Shown: positions 42,279 through 53,467, counted from the stretch's first letter. The stretch: 64,000 nucleotides of DNA from Burkholderiales bacterium (GCA_036522275.1 DATDGC010000069.1:19721-83720); one strand, 5' to 3'. Notes: generated from the sequence alone by a model not told the origin. Made by a program: numbers and translations.

Positions 42279-42307
42279 AAGGTACTCTGCCGGAACTTAA
42301 TTGTCAA
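42279..42307 (-). promoter_or_regulatory. Candidate sigma70 promoter overlapping the purF stop codon
   Basis: On the minus strand the sequence reads TTGACA, a 17-nt spacer, then TACCTT. It lies just upstream of the candidate aptamer. Confidence 0.3.
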
Positions 42308-43830
42308 TCCACGGTCAGCAGGTTCAAATCGAGCTGGTTGCTGGATGCAGCCTCTTCTTTCTGCCGGCGCGCGCCATCGCAACGCTGCGCTTCGATATTG
42401 GCCAGGTATTCCGGAGAAACATCGCCGGTGATGTATTCTCCGCTGAAACACGAGGTCTCGAAATTGGCAATCTTGGGATTCACCTGCTGCGCAGCGTGCA
42501 CCAGCGCGTCCAAATCCTGGTAAATCAGTTTGTCTGCGCCGATTTCGCGGGCGACTTCGTCGTCGCTGCGGCCGTTGGCAATCAGTTCCTGGCGCGTCGG
42601 CATGTCTATGCCGTAAACATTGGGATAACGCACCGGCGGCGCGGCCGAGGCGAAATACACCTTGCGTGCGCCCGCCTCGCGCGCCATCTGCACGATCTCG
42701 CGACTGGTGGTGCCGCGCACGATGGAATCATCCACCAGCAACACGTTCTTGCCCCTGAACTCCATGCTGATCGCATTAAGCTTCTGGCGCACCGATTGCT
42801 GGCGTTGCACCTGGCCGGGCATGATGAAAGTGCGCCCGATATAGCGGTTCTTGATGAAACCTTCGCGGTATGGAATGCCAAGACAGTTGGCAAGCTGCAT
42901 CGCACTGGGGCGGCTTGAGTCTGGTATGGGTATCACCACGTCTATGTCCAAATTCCGGTAGTGCCGCTTAATTTTGTCCGCCAGGCTCTCGCCCATGTGC
43001 AGGCGGGTTTCATATACGGAAATGCCGTCAATCACTGAATCCGGGCGCGCCAGGTACACGTATTCGAAAATGCAGGGGTTGCGCGTAGCGTTCGCCACGC
43101 ACTGTTTGCTGTAAAAATTACCGCTATCGTCTATGAAAATCGCTTCGCCCGGGGCGACATCGCGCGTCAGTTCAAAACCCAAGGTATCCAGCGCCACGCT
43201 TTCGGAAGCAACCAGATATTCCGTCCCGCGTTCGCTGTGGCACTGCCCCACCACCAGCGGGCGGATGCCGAAGGGGTCGCGAAACGCCAACAGACCATAG
43301 CCCGCAATCATTGCCACTACCGCGTAAGCGCCGCGGCAGCGCCGGTATACTCCCGACACCGCGTTAAAAATGGTAGCCGTATCCAGGGAGTGATTGCCGC
43401 AGGATTCCTGCAATTCGTGCGCCAGCACGTTCAGCAACACTTCGGAGTCGGAATTGGTATTGACGTGGCGCAAGTCCTGGCGGAACAGCTCGCGCTTTAA
43501 TTGCTCGGTGTTGGTAAGGTTGCCATTGTGTCCGAGCACGATGCCAAACGGCGAATTCACGTAAAACGGCTGGGCTTCGGCTGGCGAATCAGCTGATCCA
43601 GCAGTCGGATAACGCACATGAGCGATACCCATGTTGCCCCGCAGCGCGCGCATGTTGCGGGTACGGAACACGTCGCGCACCATGCCGCTGCCCTTGTGCA
43701 TGTTAAAAGTATTGCCTTCCGCCGTGACGATGCCCGCCGCATCCTGGCCGCGATGCTGCAGCACCAGCAGGCCATCATAGAGCAGCTGGTTCACCGGGAT
43801 TTTTGCCACGACTCCGAGAATTCCACACAT
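42304..43830 (-). CDS. purF: Amidophosphoribosyltransferase
   Basis: 508-aa ORF beginning MCGILGV (N-terminal nucleophile Cys), with a PRTase motif [13 protein letters not shown]. Confidence 0.96.
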   Translation of the reverse strand: MCGILGVVAKIPVNQLLYDGLLVLQHRGQDAAGIVTAEGNTFNMHKGSGMVRDVFRTRNMRALRGNMGIAHVRYPTAGSADSPAEAQPFYVNSPFGIVLGHNGNLTNTEQLKRELFRQDLRHVNTNSDSEVLLNVLAHELQESCGNHSLDTATIFNAVSGVYRRCRGAYAVVAMIAGYGLLAFRDPFGIRPLVVGQCHSERGTEYLVASESVALDTLGFELTRDVAPGEAIFIDDSGNFYSKQCVANATRNPCIFEYVYLARPDSVIDGISVYETRLHMGESLADKIKRHYRNLDIDVVIPIPDSSRPSAMQLANCLGIPYREGFIKNRYIGRTFIMPGQVQRQQSVRQKLNAISMEFRGKNVLLVDDSIVRGTTSREIVQMAREAGARKVYFASAAPPVRYPNVYGIDMPTRQELIANGRSDDEVAREIGADKLIYQDLDALVHAAQQVNPKIANFETSCFSGEYITGDVSPEYLANIEAQRCDGARRQKEEAASSNQLDLNLLTVD

Positions 43831-43842
43831 TCCGGATTTCCT

Positions 43843-44334
43843 TTACTGGAAATTAATACGTTTTGACAAACCTTCAGGAAGCCAGGTTTTAACGTAGGTG
43901 GCCACTCTTTCTAGCTGCGGGCTAAATAGCGCGTCCTTCCACATCGGCTGTTTGGGCAGCGAAGTGAGGCCTCCTAGCAGCACCAATATCAGCACCATCA
44001 AGTAACCTCGTGCCAAGCCAAATACCGCTCCAAGGCAGCGGTCGGCCACGCTCAAAACCGAGGCTTTCACCAATTTGGAGCATAGAATCGCGATCAGGCT
44101 CATGATCACCAGCACCGTTAAGAATATTACTGCAAATCCCACCATCAGCCGCAGCGATGGGTTGCTCAGGGTGTCCGGAAGCTGCGCAGCGATTTCCACT
44201 GTGTAGTACTGCGCTGCCAAGAACGCCAACACCCACGCTGTAAGCGCCAGCACTTCGCGCACTGCGCCGCGAATCACGCTTAACACAACCGACAGGCCGA
44301 TGATAAAAATTACCGCGTAATCAAAAACCGTCAT
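43843..44334 (-). CDS. cvpA: Colicin V production membrane protein CvpA
   Basis: 163-aa ORF with four TM segments, lying upstream of purF as in E. coli. Confidence 0.88.
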   Translation of the reverse strand: MTVFDYAVIFIIGLSVVLSVIRGAVREVLALTAWVLAFLAAQYYTVEIAAQLPDTLSNPSLRLMVGFAVIFLTVLVIMSLIAILCSKLVKASVLSVADRCLGAVFGLARGYLMVLILVLLGGLTSLPKQPMWKDALFSPQLERVATYVKTWLPEGLSKRINFQ

Positions 44335-44341
44335 GGTCCGG

Positions 44342-44935
44342 CTACCTGGAAGTCACCACTCCGTCCATGCCCAGCGCCTTCATGCGATCCAGCGCTTTTT
44401 CCGCGGCATCACGGCTTTCGTAAGGCCCGGCGCGCACCCGGGTTTTTTCGCCATCCGCGGTTTTCAGTACCTCTGTGTATGCGCGGATGCCGCTTGCGGT
44501 CAGCTTTTGCTGCAACTGCTTTGCCTTGTCGCTATTGGAAAACGCGGCGAGCTGCACCACATAGGCGCTGGATTTACTTTCCGCTTTGGTGACTTTCTCG
44601 TTTTTTCCCTGTGCCGTCGTGGCTGTTTCTTTGTCCGGACTAGGTTTGGAAGCGGGTGGCAGCAGTGGGGGTACCGCGATTTCAGTCTTTTGCGGCTTGA
44701 CGGCAGCCTCGGCAGTGCCGGATTTTTCGGGAACCGGAATCACACGGGATGCGAAACTTCCACCATTTTGCGCCGGTATCTGGATTTTGATGGCCTGGCT
44801 CACCGGCCTGGGCTCACCGTCCAGCAGCATGGGCAGCACTATCACCATCAGCGTGACCAGGGCAATTGCTCCTATTAAGCGCCTTCTGGCGCGCTTTTTC
44901 AGTCGTAGTTGCTCGTCACTGATCGTTCTTGCCAT
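44342..44935 (-). CDS. dedD: SPOR-domain cell-division protein (DedD-like)
   Basis: It has an N-terminal TM segment, a Pro/Lys linker and a C-terminal SPOR domain (YVVQLAAFSNSDKAKQLQQKL..RVRAGPYESRDAAEKA). The symbol is assigned by folC-dedD-cvpA synteny. Confidence 0.75.
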   Translation of the reverse strand: MARTISDEQLRLKKRARRRLIGAIALVTLMVIVLPMLLDGEPRPVSQAIKIQIPAQNGGSFASRVIPVPEKSGTAEAAVKPQKTEIAVPPLLPPASKPSPDKETATTAQGKNEKVTKAESKSSAYVVQLAAFSNSDKAKQLQQKLTASGIRAYTEVLKTADGEKTRVRAGPYESRDAAEKALDRMKALGMDGVVTSR

Positions 44936-44963
44936 ATACGCAAAATTCTCTTGGCATCAGGTT

Positions 44964-46256
44964 TTACTCGCCGCTGCGCCTGCGCAGCACACCAGCTACG
45001 GTATGGAATGAGCCAAAAACAATTATTCTATCATTTTCAGCCGCCAATTTACAGGCTTGATCATAGGCTTCGCCGAGACTTGCAAAACCCGATATCGCCG
45101 GTTGCGGCACACCTGCCCGCAGCAATTCCCGCGTGAGATCGGAAACCGAAGCCCCGCGGCGCTCGCTGCTTATGCTTGCTATGAGCCAGTTGTTCACCTG
45201 CGGTTTCAGAACCCGTGCCGCGCCAGCGATATCCTTGTCTTTGAGCATGCCGAACACAGCGAACGTGTTGCGGTAAAATCCCATGTTCGCCAGATTCACC
45301 GATAACGCCGCAGCTGCTTGCGTGTTGTGTGCCACATCCAGAATCACCACGGGCCTGCCCGGCAGCACCTGGAAGCGCGCGGGCAAATCCACTTCTATAA
45401 GCCCGCGGCGGATTTCTCCCATCCCCACTGGGAATTTGTCCTTAAGCTCATCCAGTGCGGCTAGCGCGGCGCTGGCGTTCTGCAACTGGTACGCGCCGCG
45501 CAACGCGGGATAGGGCAGTGCGTGACGCCTGCCGCCACGCCCCCAGTATTGCCACTGATTTTTTTCCGCTACCAAGCCAAAATCCTGGTTGATGCGAATC
45601 AATCGTGCACCGATATTCGTTGCATGCTTGGTAAGCGTTTCAGGGATATCCGCTTCCGCGCATACCGCAGGCTTTCCCGTGCGAAAAATGCCGGCTTTTT
45701 CGAAAGCGATTTGCTCCCTAGTATTGCCGAGATAGTCCATATGGTCAAAATCCACGCTGGTCACCACTGCACAGTCGGCATTGAAGGCATTGACCGCATC
45801 GAGCCTGCCGCCCAGGCCCACTTCCAGAATCGCCACATCGAGCCCGGCTTCGATGAAGAGCAACATCGCCGCCAGCGTGCCGTATTCGAAATAGGTGAGC
45901 GGAATGCCGTGGCGCGCCGCCTCGATTTTCTCGAACACCCGGACCAACGCCGCATCATCTACCGGCTTGCGGTTGATACGCACGCGTTCGTTGTAGCTGA
46001 GAAGATGCGGCGAGGTGTAGCAGCCGACGCGATAGCCGGCAATGTTCAGAATGGCTTCCAGAAATGCACAGGTGGAGCCTTTGCCGTTGGTTCCGCTTAC
46101 CGTGATGATGGGAAATCCGGGTTCAAGCTTGAGCGTGTTCTTGACTTGCAGTACGCGATCCAGTCCAAGCGAGATCGCCCGCGGGTTCAGGCTTTCCAGA
46201 TAGGCAAGCCAGCCAGATAAGCTTTCCGGCTTGGCGTTGGGAATCTCGGGTTTCAC
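44964..46256 (-). CDS. folC: Bifunctional folylpolyglutamate synthase / dihydrofolate synthase
   Basis: 430-aa ORF containing [10 protein letters not shown]. Confidence 0.93.
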   Translation of the reverse strand: MKPEIPNAKPESLSGWLAYLESLNPRAISLGLDRVLQVKNTLKLEPGFPIITVSGTNGKGSTCAFLEAILNIAGYRVGCYTSPHLLSYNERVRINRKPVDDAALVRVFEKIEAARHGIPLTYFEYGTLAAMLLFIEAGLDVAILEVGLGGRLDAVNAFNADCAVVTSVDFDHMDYLGNTREQIAFEKAGIFRTGKPAVCAEADIPETLTKHATNIGARLIRINQDFGLVAEKNQWQYWGRGGRRHALPYPALRGAYQLQNASAALAALDELKDKFPVGMGEIRRGLIEVDLPARFQVLPGRPVVILDVAHNTQAAAALSVNLANMGFYRNTFAVFGMLKDKDIAGAARVLKPQVNNWLIASISSERRGASVSDLTRELLRAGVPQPAISGFASLGEAYDQACKLAAENDRIIVFGSFHTVAGVLRRRSGE

Positions 46257-47176
46257 AAATGATTTGGGGCTGGAGATTTCGCGTTGGAAGCGGTCAAGCC
46301 GTCCGAATTCAGGCTCGCTGCAGGTAGCCGCATCAGCAGCGTGATCAGGTTGGCGAGCTTGTCGCGCATCTGCCTGCGGTCAACGATCATGTCAATTGCG
46401 CCGTGTTCGAGCAGGAATTCGGCACGCTGGAAGCCCTCGGGCAGCGTCTCGTGCACTGTCTGTTCGATGACGCGCGGGCCGGCAAAACCGATCAGCGCGC
46501 CCGGTTCGGCGATTACCACGTCGCCGAGCATGGCGAAGCTAGCGGAAACGCCTCCCATGGTGGGATCGGTCAGCACCGATATAAACGGCAGTTTGGCCGC
46601 GGATAATTGAGTGAGTGCCGCGGAGGTTTTCGCCATTTGCATGAGTGACAATAACCCTTCCTGCATGCGCGCGCCCCCGCTTGAAGTAAAACACACGAGC
46701 GGCAGGTTTTGCTCGATACACACCTGCACGCCGCGCACAAAGCGCTCGCCCACCGCCGAACCCATCGAGCCGCCGAGAAATCTAAATTCAAACGCCGCGG
46801 CAATCAGCGGCACGGTCTTGACGCTGCCCTGCATCACCACCAGCGCCTCGGTTTCATCCGTTTCGGCTTGCGCCAGCTCCAGGCGTTCGTTGTAGCGCAT
46901 ATCATCTTTGAATTTTAAGGTATCCACCGACGCCACTTCGGCGCCGATTTCGTAGCGGCCTTCACTATCCAGCAAGACGTCCAGGCGCGCTCTCGCCGGT
47001 AGGCGGTTATGGTGGCCACACTTGGGACAGACATTCAGATTGTTTTCCAGCTCACTGCGATAGAGCACCGCTTCACACATCGGGCACTTGGTCCACAACC
47101 CCTCGGGGACGGTTTTCTTGGCCCCGGTTACGTTGCGCTTGATTTTCGGCGGCAGCAGTTTCTGAAGCCAGCTCAT
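46253..47176 (-). CDS. accD: Acetyl-CoA carboxylase carboxyltransferase subunit beta
   Basis: Contains the zinc ribbon [16 protein letters not shown] and a carboxyltransferase domain. Confidence 0.96.
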   Translation of the reverse strand: MSWLQKLLPPKIKRNVTGAKKTVPEGLWTKCPMCEAVLYRSELENNLNVCPKCGHHNRLPARARLDVLLDSEGRYEIGAEVASVDTLKFKDDMRYNERLELAQAETDETEALVVMQGSVKTVPLIAAAFEFRFLGGSMGSAVGERFVRGVQVCIEQNLPLVCFTSSGGARMQEGLLSLMQMAKTSAALTQLSAAKLPFISVLTDPTMGGVSASFAMLGDVVIAEPGALIGFAGPRVIEQTVHETLPEGFQRAEFLLEHGAIDMIVDRRQMRDKLANLITLLMRLPAASLNSDGLTASNAKSPAPNHL

Positions 47177-47190
47177 CAGTCGTTGCTCAC

Positions 47191-47991
47191 TCAGCGTTGA
47201 TCAATCGCCTGGCGCAAGTCTTTGACCAGGGCGGAAACCCTGCTCAACACTTCCTGCCTGGCGGAATTTTCAACTTCTTCCACAATGCGGCTTCCCACCA
47301 CCACGGCGTCGGCCAACGCCGCCACCTCTTTTGCCGTTTGCGCGTCACGGATACCAAAGCCTACGCCCACCGGCAGCTTGGTGTGTGCGCGGATTTGTGG
47401 CAGCTTTTTCGCCACATCGCTCAAATCCAGATGCTTGGCGCCGGTCACGCCTTTAAGTGAGACATAATACAGATAACCGCGGGAAACTTTAGCCACCTGC
47501 TCAATACGCGCTTCTGTAGTGGTGGGAGAAAGCAGAAAAATCGGATCAATATTATGGCGCTCCAGATGTTTGACCAGCTCCACGCTTTCTTCCGGGGGAT
47601 AATCCACCACCAGCACGCCGTCCACGCCGCTTGCTTGCGCCAGATCGGTGAATTTTTGATAACCCATGGCCTCGATCGGATTCGCATAACCCATCAACAC
47701 TACCGGAGTGTTTTGGTTGGATTTGCTGAACTCTGCCACCAACTCAAGTATCTGCTTCAAGCCGATGCCGTATTTCAAAGCGCGTTCGGATGAGCGCTGG
47801 ATGGTTGGTCCGTCCGCCATCGGATCGGAAAACGGCACGCCAAGCTCGATGATGTCCGCCCCGCTTTTGGCCAGGGCGTGCATTATTCCCACTGTCATTG
47901 CCGGCTCAGGATCGCCCGCCGTGATGAACGGAATCAGCGCCTTTTTCCGCTGCTGCTGCAATTGGCTGAAGGTGGCGGCGATGCGTGACAT
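47191..47991 (-). CDS. trpA: Tryptophan synthase alpha chain
   Basis: Begins [28 protein letters not shown], and contains [13 protein letters not shown] trimmed the start to ATG 47991 because the upstream codons are repeat sequence. Confidence 0.93.
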   Translation of the reverse strand: MSRIAATFSQLQQQRKKALIPFITAGDPEPAMTVGIMHALAKSGADIIELGVPFSDPMADGPTIQRSSERALKYGIGLKQILELVAEFSKSNQNTPVVLMGYANPIEAMGYQKFTDLAQASGVDGVLVVDYPPEESVELVKHLERHNIDPIFLLSPTTTEARIEQVAKVSRGYLYYVSLKGVTGAKHLDLSDVAKKLPQIRAHTKLPVGVGFGIRDAQTAKEVAALADAVVVGSRIVEEVENSARQEVLSRVSALVKDLRQAIDQR

Positions 47992-47999
47992 ATTAAATT

Positions 48000-48078
48000 C
48001 AGTTAGGGGTGAGGTGTAAGGAGGGAGGGGCACGTCAGGTATAACTGGATTTTAACGCCTTACTCCTGTCTCCTTACG
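48000..48078. repeat. GTGAGG-heptad hairpin repeat (copy 4)
   Basis: It begins CAGTTAGGGGTGAGG, followed by TGTAAGGAGGGAGGGG and the complementary arm CGCCTTACTCCTGTCTCCTTACGC. It fills the 90-nt trpB-trpA spacer. Confidence 0.75.
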
Positions 48079-48081
48079 CAT

Positions 48082-49281
48082 TTAGAACTTGATGCCAGAG
48101 AGATTGGCTACGGTATTCATGTCCTTGTCGCCGCGCCCGGAGAGATTCACCAAGAGCAGTCTGTCTTTGTCCATTTGCGGCGCGAGCTTTGCGGCATAAG
48201 CCAGAGCATGGGCGGATTCCAGCGCCGGAATGATTCCTTCGAGGTGACACAGTTTATGGAACGCCTTCAGCGCTTCATCGTCGGTCACATTGACGTATTC
48301 CGCGCGCCCGCTGTCCTTGAGCCAGGCGTGTTCAGGACCAACACCCGGGTAATCGAGCCCAGCGGAAATCGAGTGAGTTTCCAGAATCTGCCCATTTTCA
48401 TCCTGCATGAGATAAGTGCGGTTGCCGTGCAACACGCCGGGTTTGCCCGCGCACAGCGGTGCGGCGTGCTTGCCTGTCGCAATACCCATGCCCCCGGCTT
48501 CCACACCGATGAGCCGCATATTCTGGTCTTCGATATAGGGATAGAACAGTCCCATGGCGTTGGAACCGCCGCCGACGCAGGCGATCAGCGCATCCGGCTG
48601 GCGCCCAAACATCTCCTGCATCTGGGTTTTCGCTTCGCGCCCGATAATGGACTGGAAATCCCGCACCATCATCGGATAAGGATGCGGCCCCGCCACGGTA
48701 CCGATGATGTAAAAGGTATTTTCAACATGGGTCACCCAGTCACGCATCGCTTCATTGAGCGCGTCCTTAAGAGTTTTCGATCCCGACTCCACCGGCACCA
48801 CGCTGGCACCCAAAAGCTTCATGCGGTAGACGTTAGTGGTCTGGCGCTTGATGTCTTCCGAGCCCATGTACACTACGCATTCCATGCCGTAGCGCGCCGC
48901 CACGGTGGCTGTTGCCACTCCGTGCATGCCGGCACCGGTCTCCGCAATCACCCGGGGTTTGCCCGTGCGGCGCGCCAGCAGAGCCTGCCCCACGGTGTTG
49001 TTGATTTTGTGCGCGCCAGTGTGGTTGAGGTCCTCGCGTTTTAACAGGATCTGCGCGCCGCCAAGCTCGTGTGACCAGCGTTTGGCGTGGTAAATCGGGC
49101 TCGGTCGCCCGACATAATGCTTGAGCTCGTACGCGAATTCGGCCTGAAATTCCGGGTCGTTGCGGTAACGCTGATAGCTTTCGCGCAGTTGATCGAGAGC
49201 CTGAATCAGCGTCTCGGCGACGAACACGCCGCCGTATTTGCCGAAATGGCCATGCTCGTCGGGAAGGTCATACATCTTCAT
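48082..49281 (-). CDS. trpB: Tryptophan synthase beta chain
   Basis: 399-aa ORF containing HTGAHKINN (PLP lysine) and GGGSNAMG. Confidence 0.97.
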   Translation of the reverse strand: MKMYDLPDEHGHFGKYGGVFVAETLIQALDQLRESYQRYRNDPEFQAEFAYELKHYVGRPSPIYHAKRWSHELGGAQILLKREDLNHTGAHKINNTVGQALLARRTGKPRVIAETGAGMHGVATATVAARYGMECVVYMGSEDIKRQTTNVYRMKLLGASVVPVESGSKTLKDALNEAMRDWVTHVENTFYIIGTVAGPHPYPMMVRDFQSIIGREAKTQMQEMFGRQPDALIACVGGGSNAMGLFYPYIEDQNMRLIGVEAGGMGIATGKHAAPLCAGKPGVLHGNRTYLMQDENGQILETHSISAGLDYPGVGPEHAWLKDSGRAEYVNVTDDEALKAFHKLCHLEGIIPALESAHALAYAAKLAPQMDKDRLLLVNLSGRGDKDMNTVANLSGIKF

Positions 49282-49891
49282 TGCGTGTCTCTGTTATGAA
49301 TGCGGCGATTTTCGCCGCGTCCTTGATTCCTTTTGCCGACTCTACGCCGCTCGAAACGTCCACCGCCCAGGGCCGCACCTGCCTGATCGCGCGCGCCACG
49401 TTCGCAGCATTCAGCCCGCCGGAAAGAATAATCGGCAATGGCAGATTGCCTGGAATCAAGCTCCAATCGAAGGCATCGCCCGTGCCGCCGTAAGCTCCTT
49501 CGCTGTGCGCATCCAGCAACAGCCCTTTTGCATCGTGATAGCGGGATGCGTATTGTAGCAAATCCATACCCTTCCTGACTCGCACTGCCTTGATATAGGG
49601 CAGGCCGAACCGGGCACAGAACTGCGGTGTTTCGTCGCCGTGAAACTGCAATAAATCAAGACACAACGCGCCAAGAATCGAATGCACCTGTTGTTCTACA
49701 GGATTGACGAATACACCCACACGCGTGACAAAAGGCGGCAACACTCCAATTACTTTATTTGCCTGATCCACAGAAACAAAGCGCGGGCTGTCTTCATAAA
49801 ACATGAGTCCGACGGCATGCGCGCCAAGCTCTGCTGCCGTCACAGCGTCCTGCCCGCGCGTTATACCGCAGATTTTGATCCGGGTCGCCAT
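49268..49891 (-). CDS. trpF: Phosphoribosylanthranilate isomerase
   Basis: 207-aa ORF beginning [12 protein letters not shown]. It overlaps the trpB start by 14 nt. Confidence 0.92.
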   Translation of the reverse strand: MATRIKICGITRGQDAVTAAELGAHAVGLMFYEDSPRFVSVDQANKVIGVLPPFVTRVGVFVNPVEQQVHSILGALCLDLLQFHGDETPQFCARFGLPYIKAVRVRKGMDLLQYASRYHDAKGLLLDAHSEGAYGGTGDAFDWSLIPGNLPLPIILSGGLNAANVARAIRQVRPWAVDVSSGVESAKGIKDAAKIAAFITETRNEDV

Positions 49892-49905
49892 GAAGATTGC
49901 CGGGT

Positions 49906-50691
49906 TTACGGAAAAAGCAGCATGGTACGATTAAAATCCGCTATGCGCCACTTCGTGTCGTAGCGCACGCCTGACAAATAAAGGCCTGCAGCGCTGAAAG
50001 TGGGCGCCGCCCGGCTTCTGTCCTTGCTTTGCAAAACCTCGCCTAGCCATTGCGCAGTGCATCTGCCACTGCCCACGTACACCAGGCAACCGACGATGTT
50101 GCGCACCATGTGATGCAGGAAAGCGTCAGCGCAGAATTCAAACACGATCAAATCCTGCTGGCGTGTTATTTCTAACCTGCGCAATTCCTTCACCGGCGTG
50201 CGCGCGCGGCACTCCGCGGCACGGAAGGCGCTGAAATCGTGTTTACCGAGCAATAGCTTTGCGGCAGCGCGCAGCGCCTCAACATCGAGCGGCTGATGAA
50301 ACCAGCCGACTTGGCCTTGATAAAGCGCTGGGCGTACCGCGGTATTCAACAGCAGGTAGTGATAGCAGCGCTCAATGGCACAATAACGCGCGTGAAAGTC
50401 CTCCGCCACCGTCTGCGCCCAAAGCACGGCAACATCCGGCGGCAGCAGCGCGTTCACGCCCCGTATCCAAGCGGATGTCGGGCGTTCAGCGCGGCTATCA
50501 AAATGCGCGACTTGCGCCAGCGCATGGACACCGGTATCAGTGCGCCCCGCCGCAGTAAGGGTTACTTTTTCCCCGGCGATTTGCGCCAGCGCAGCCTCGA
50601 CTGCGTCCTGCACCGCGCAGCGGCTGGCCTGGCTTTGCCAGCCGCAAAAAGCGGCGCCGTTGTATTCAAGCCCGAGCGCAATTCTCGCCAT
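49906..50691 (-). CDS. truA: tRNA pseudouridine(38-40) synthase
   Basis: 261-aa ORF containing YNGAAFCGWQSQ and AAGRTDTGVHA. Confidence 0.94.
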   Translation of the reverse strand: MARIALGLEYNGAAFCGWQSQASRCAVQDAVEAALAQIAGEKVTLTAAGRTDTGVHALAQVAHFDSRAERPTSAWIRGVNALLPPDVAVLWAQTVAEDFHARYCAIERCYHYLLLNTAVRPALYQGQVGWFHQPLDVEALRAAAKLLLGKHDFSAFRAAECRARTPVKELRRLEITRQQDLIVFEFCADAFLHHMVRNIVGCLVYVGSGRCTAQWLGEVLQSKDRSRAAPTFSAAGLYLSGVRYDTKWRIADFNRTMLLFP

Positions 50692-50847
50692 CTAATCCAG
50701 CCGCCTCTCCAGGGATGAATCAGGGTGAGCCCTGGCGCTGCAATCGCCATCGCCAGTCACATTAGTACCCTCGTTGCCGGATGCGGATGCATGGCGGAAT
50801 GATATTTACGAGGGCTTAAAAAAGAGGTATTGCTGAACAGCGCAGGA

Positions 50848-53418
50848 TCAAAGCATTGCAAGCAGGCCTTTGGCTTGTTCTTGCTGCTTCGCATCGCCTT
50901 CCCGAATCACTTCCTGCAGAATTTCGCGGGCGCCTTCCTTGTCGCCCATTTCCTGATAAGCCTTGGCAAGATCGAACTTGGTTTGCACTTCGTACCAGTG
51001 CTGATCTCTGGCTGGTTCGTCCGCGACCGCACCGGTCGGCTCATCGAGGGTCAGGCTGATTCCGGAAAGATCGATTTGAATCGCTTCAGCTTGCGGAGGC
51101 GACGACGGGGCCGCAGCGGGCCTTGAGGGCTCGAAATCGAAGTTGATCATGTCCAGCGGGGCCTCCTCAGTGGCCGGCACTGCTGCAGGTTCGCCCGCGG
51201 TGGGAAGCGGCTCCACGTCGAAATCCAGGCCGGCAGCGTCGGGCTTCCCGCTTTCCAACGGCAAATCCGCAGCTAATTTCGCCGGCTCGACAGAAGGTAC
51301 TTCAAAACCGAAGCTGGTGAACGGTTTCTCTGCATCAAGCGCATTGCTGTCCATGCCGATATCGGTGTTCAGTTGATCACCGGAAGTGACCGGAAGAGCG
51401 ATATTGAAATCCATCTCCGGCGGGCTCGCCGGTGCGCTCTCCATCGGCGATTCTATGGCTGCAGATTTTGCCGACTCATACATCGGATTGTCCGGGTTGA
51501 GCGCATAGCCGAGTTGCGCAACTCTGTCCCAGATCGGTCCGGGCTTGCCGCCGGTCGCGGCATAGAGCTCGCGGGCGAGCGTTTCGAATACCGGCACGTT
51601 CTTACGCGCGGCATAGATTTCCAGGAGCTTTAAGCGGATTTTGTGGTGCGTGGGACTTTTGTTCAGCGCTTCCTTGAGGATTTCCTCGGCTTGCGTGTCG
51701 CGCCCGTAAGCAATGTAAACCTCAGCTTCGGCTACCGGGTCCACTTCATCAGTCTTGACAGCGCCGCCGCTCTTGCCGGCGAAATCGCTCATCAGCGAGC
51801 TGTCGCCGGTGTTGACTACCACGCCACTCTCAGTATTACCGAAGACTGTGCTAGCTTTCAGGTCGTCGGCATTGATAACGCTGTCTTCAAAACTTGTTAA
51901 AGATTTTTTTTTTCTCACGGCTATATAGCCGAGTCCGAGTAGCAAGATTACTACGCCTGCCCCGCCCCCTAGATACAGGGGATTATCAAATATGTCATCC
52001 AGAAAGGACGTCTCGGGCGGAGGTGGTTGGGCTTTGGTTTTGTCAGCAGGTTTGGGTGCCTCTGCGGGCTTTGCAGCTGCAACCGTAGCCGGTTTTTCCT
52101 CAGGTTTCTTAGACTCGGCTGGTTTGCTCTCAGGCGCTTTGGCCTCTGCAGGTTTGGGGGCAGGAGCCGGCTGTGCTGCAGGCTGGGGCGTCTTGGCGGC
52201 TCCCGCCTGTTGTTGCAGCTCAGCTAGATTCTGGCTCTTGATTTCCAAAAGCCGCTGCATGTCCTTGATGTTCTTTTCGAGAAGCGCAATGCGTTCGTTT
52301 GACTCCTTGACCGCCTTATCTTTGGCTATGGCTTCTTCTTCAAGGCTGCGGATGCGGTCCTGCAACGCTTTGTTGCCGGTGCCGCCGGCTGTGCCGGCAG
52401 GAGGCTCTCCCTTGGAAAGTTTTAACACTTCCTTGCCCGGCTCTTTGGGCGCGGCTTGGTCTTCAACCTTGGTGGTGATTTTTCCAGTCGCGCTTTGTTT
52501 GGCGATATCAGTAGGAGCGGCTTGGCCCGCTGCTTCGGCAAGTTTTTGCCGGTAAGCGTTCCAGTCATGCACCTGGACCCTGACCTCTTTTACCGCCTGG
52601 TTTGGTTCTACGGTGGCCAGTTCGCTGCTTTCAGGAACGCGCAGGACGGGACCGGTTTTCATGCGGTTCATGTTGTTGCCCATAAACGCGCTTTTGTTGG
52701 AACGGAACAGCCCAACCAGCATCTGTTCAAGTGTATAGCCGGAAGGCTTGACGCTCTCGGCGATTTTGCGCAGCGTCTCGCCGCGTTTTATCGGACCGTA
52801 GGTTTTTTGCTCTTCGGGTGCCGGTGCGGCTGCCGCTGTTGCTTCAGGTGCTGGTGCTTCAGGTGCCTCTGCTTGAGTTACCTCGGGCATTGCCTCGACG
52901 CCGATATTCTCATCCGGGGGGACGCCCGCAAGCTCGGGCTTGGCTTCCTCCACCGGAGCGGGGAGCGGTTTCGCCTCGGGAACCACCGCAACCGGTGCCA
53001 GCGTCTCTGTGGGCGTGAAACCGGGCGGATCAAGCAGCACCGTGTATTCTTTTACCAGGCGACCCGAAGTCCAATTAAGTTCAATCAGAAAATCCAGAAA
53101 AGCTTCATTGACCGGCTGCAGGGTTTTGAGCTTCAGATAGGGCTGCCCGTCGGGTTTTTTCTCAACGCTGAATTTGATGCCGGACAGCGCGGAATTAAAT
53201 TGAATATTGGCCTGCCTGAACACATCAGGAGAGGCAAGTTTTGCCGCCAGCGTATCGATCTCCCCCTTTTGCACGCCCAAGAGGTCGATCTCCGCAGCAA
53301 GTGGCTGGCCCAGGCTGGAATTTACCGTAATTTTGCCCAGCCCAGCAGCATGCGCAGCCCACGGCAATACAAATAATGTGCCGGCGACTAACCAAGCTAA
53401 AAGCCTAGATTTGTGCAC
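50848..53418 (-). CDS. fimV: FimV-family peptidoglycan-binding protein
   Basis: 856-aa ORF with a signal peptide, a FimV N-terminal region, a LysM-like segment (YGPIKRGETLRKIAES), a TM segment, acidic repeats and a C-terminal TPR-like motif. It lies in asd-fimV-truA synteny. Confidence 0.85.
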   Translation of the reverse strand: MHKSRLLAWLVAGTLFVLPWAAHAAGLGKITVNSSLGQPLAAEIDLLGVQKGEIDTLAAKLASPDVFRQANIQFNSALSGIKFSVEKKPDGQPYLKLKTLQPVNEAFLDFLIELNWTSGRLVKEYTVLLDPPGFTPTETLAPVAVVPEAKPLPAPVEEAKPELAGVPPDENIGVEAMPEVTQAEAPEAPAPEATAAAAPAPEEQKTYGPIKRGETLRKIAESVKPSGYTLEQMLVGLFRSNKSAFMGNNMNRMKTGPVLRVPESSELATVEPNQAVKEVRVQVHDWNAYRQKLAEAAGQAAPTDIAKQSATGKITTKVEDQAAPKEPGKEVLKLSKGEPPAGTAGGTGNKALQDRIRSLEEEAIAKDKAVKESNERIALLEKNIKDMQRLLEIKSQNLAELQQQAGAAKTPQPAAQPAPAPKPAEAKAPESKPAESKKPEEKPATVAAAKPAEAPKPADKTKAQPPPPETSFLDDIFDNPLYLGGGAGVVILLLGLGYIAVRKKKSLTSFEDSVINADDLKASTVFGNTESGVVVNTGDSSLMSDFAGKSGGAVKTDEVDPVAEAEVYIAYGRDTQAEEILKEALNKSPTHHKIRLKLLEIYAARKNVPVFETLARELYAATGGKPGPIWDRVAQLGYALNPDNPMYESAKSAAIESPMESAPASPPEMDFNIALPVTSGDQLNTDIGMDSNALDAEKPFTSFGFEVPSVEPAKLAADLPLESGKPDAAGLDFDVEPLPTAGEPAAVPATEEAPLDMINFDFEPSRPAAAPSSPPQAEAIQIDLSGISLTLDEPTGAVADEPARDQHWYEVQTKFDLAKAYQEMGDKEGAREILQEVIREGDAKQQEQAKGLLAML

Positions 53419-53467
53419 AAACCCACCCTGTGGTTTTGATTGGGGTAATTAAATTAACATCATGTAG

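Noticed and set aside
48004-48030. G-quadruplex potential of the G-rich arm TAGGGGTGAGGTGTAAGGAGGGAGGGG
   Set aside because: It has only three runs of three or more G, so it is not a canonical four-run G4 motif. The complementary arm favours a hairpin.
52456-53376. 306-aa ORF antisense to fimV
   Set aside because: It is a shadow frame of a repetitive, GC-rich gene.
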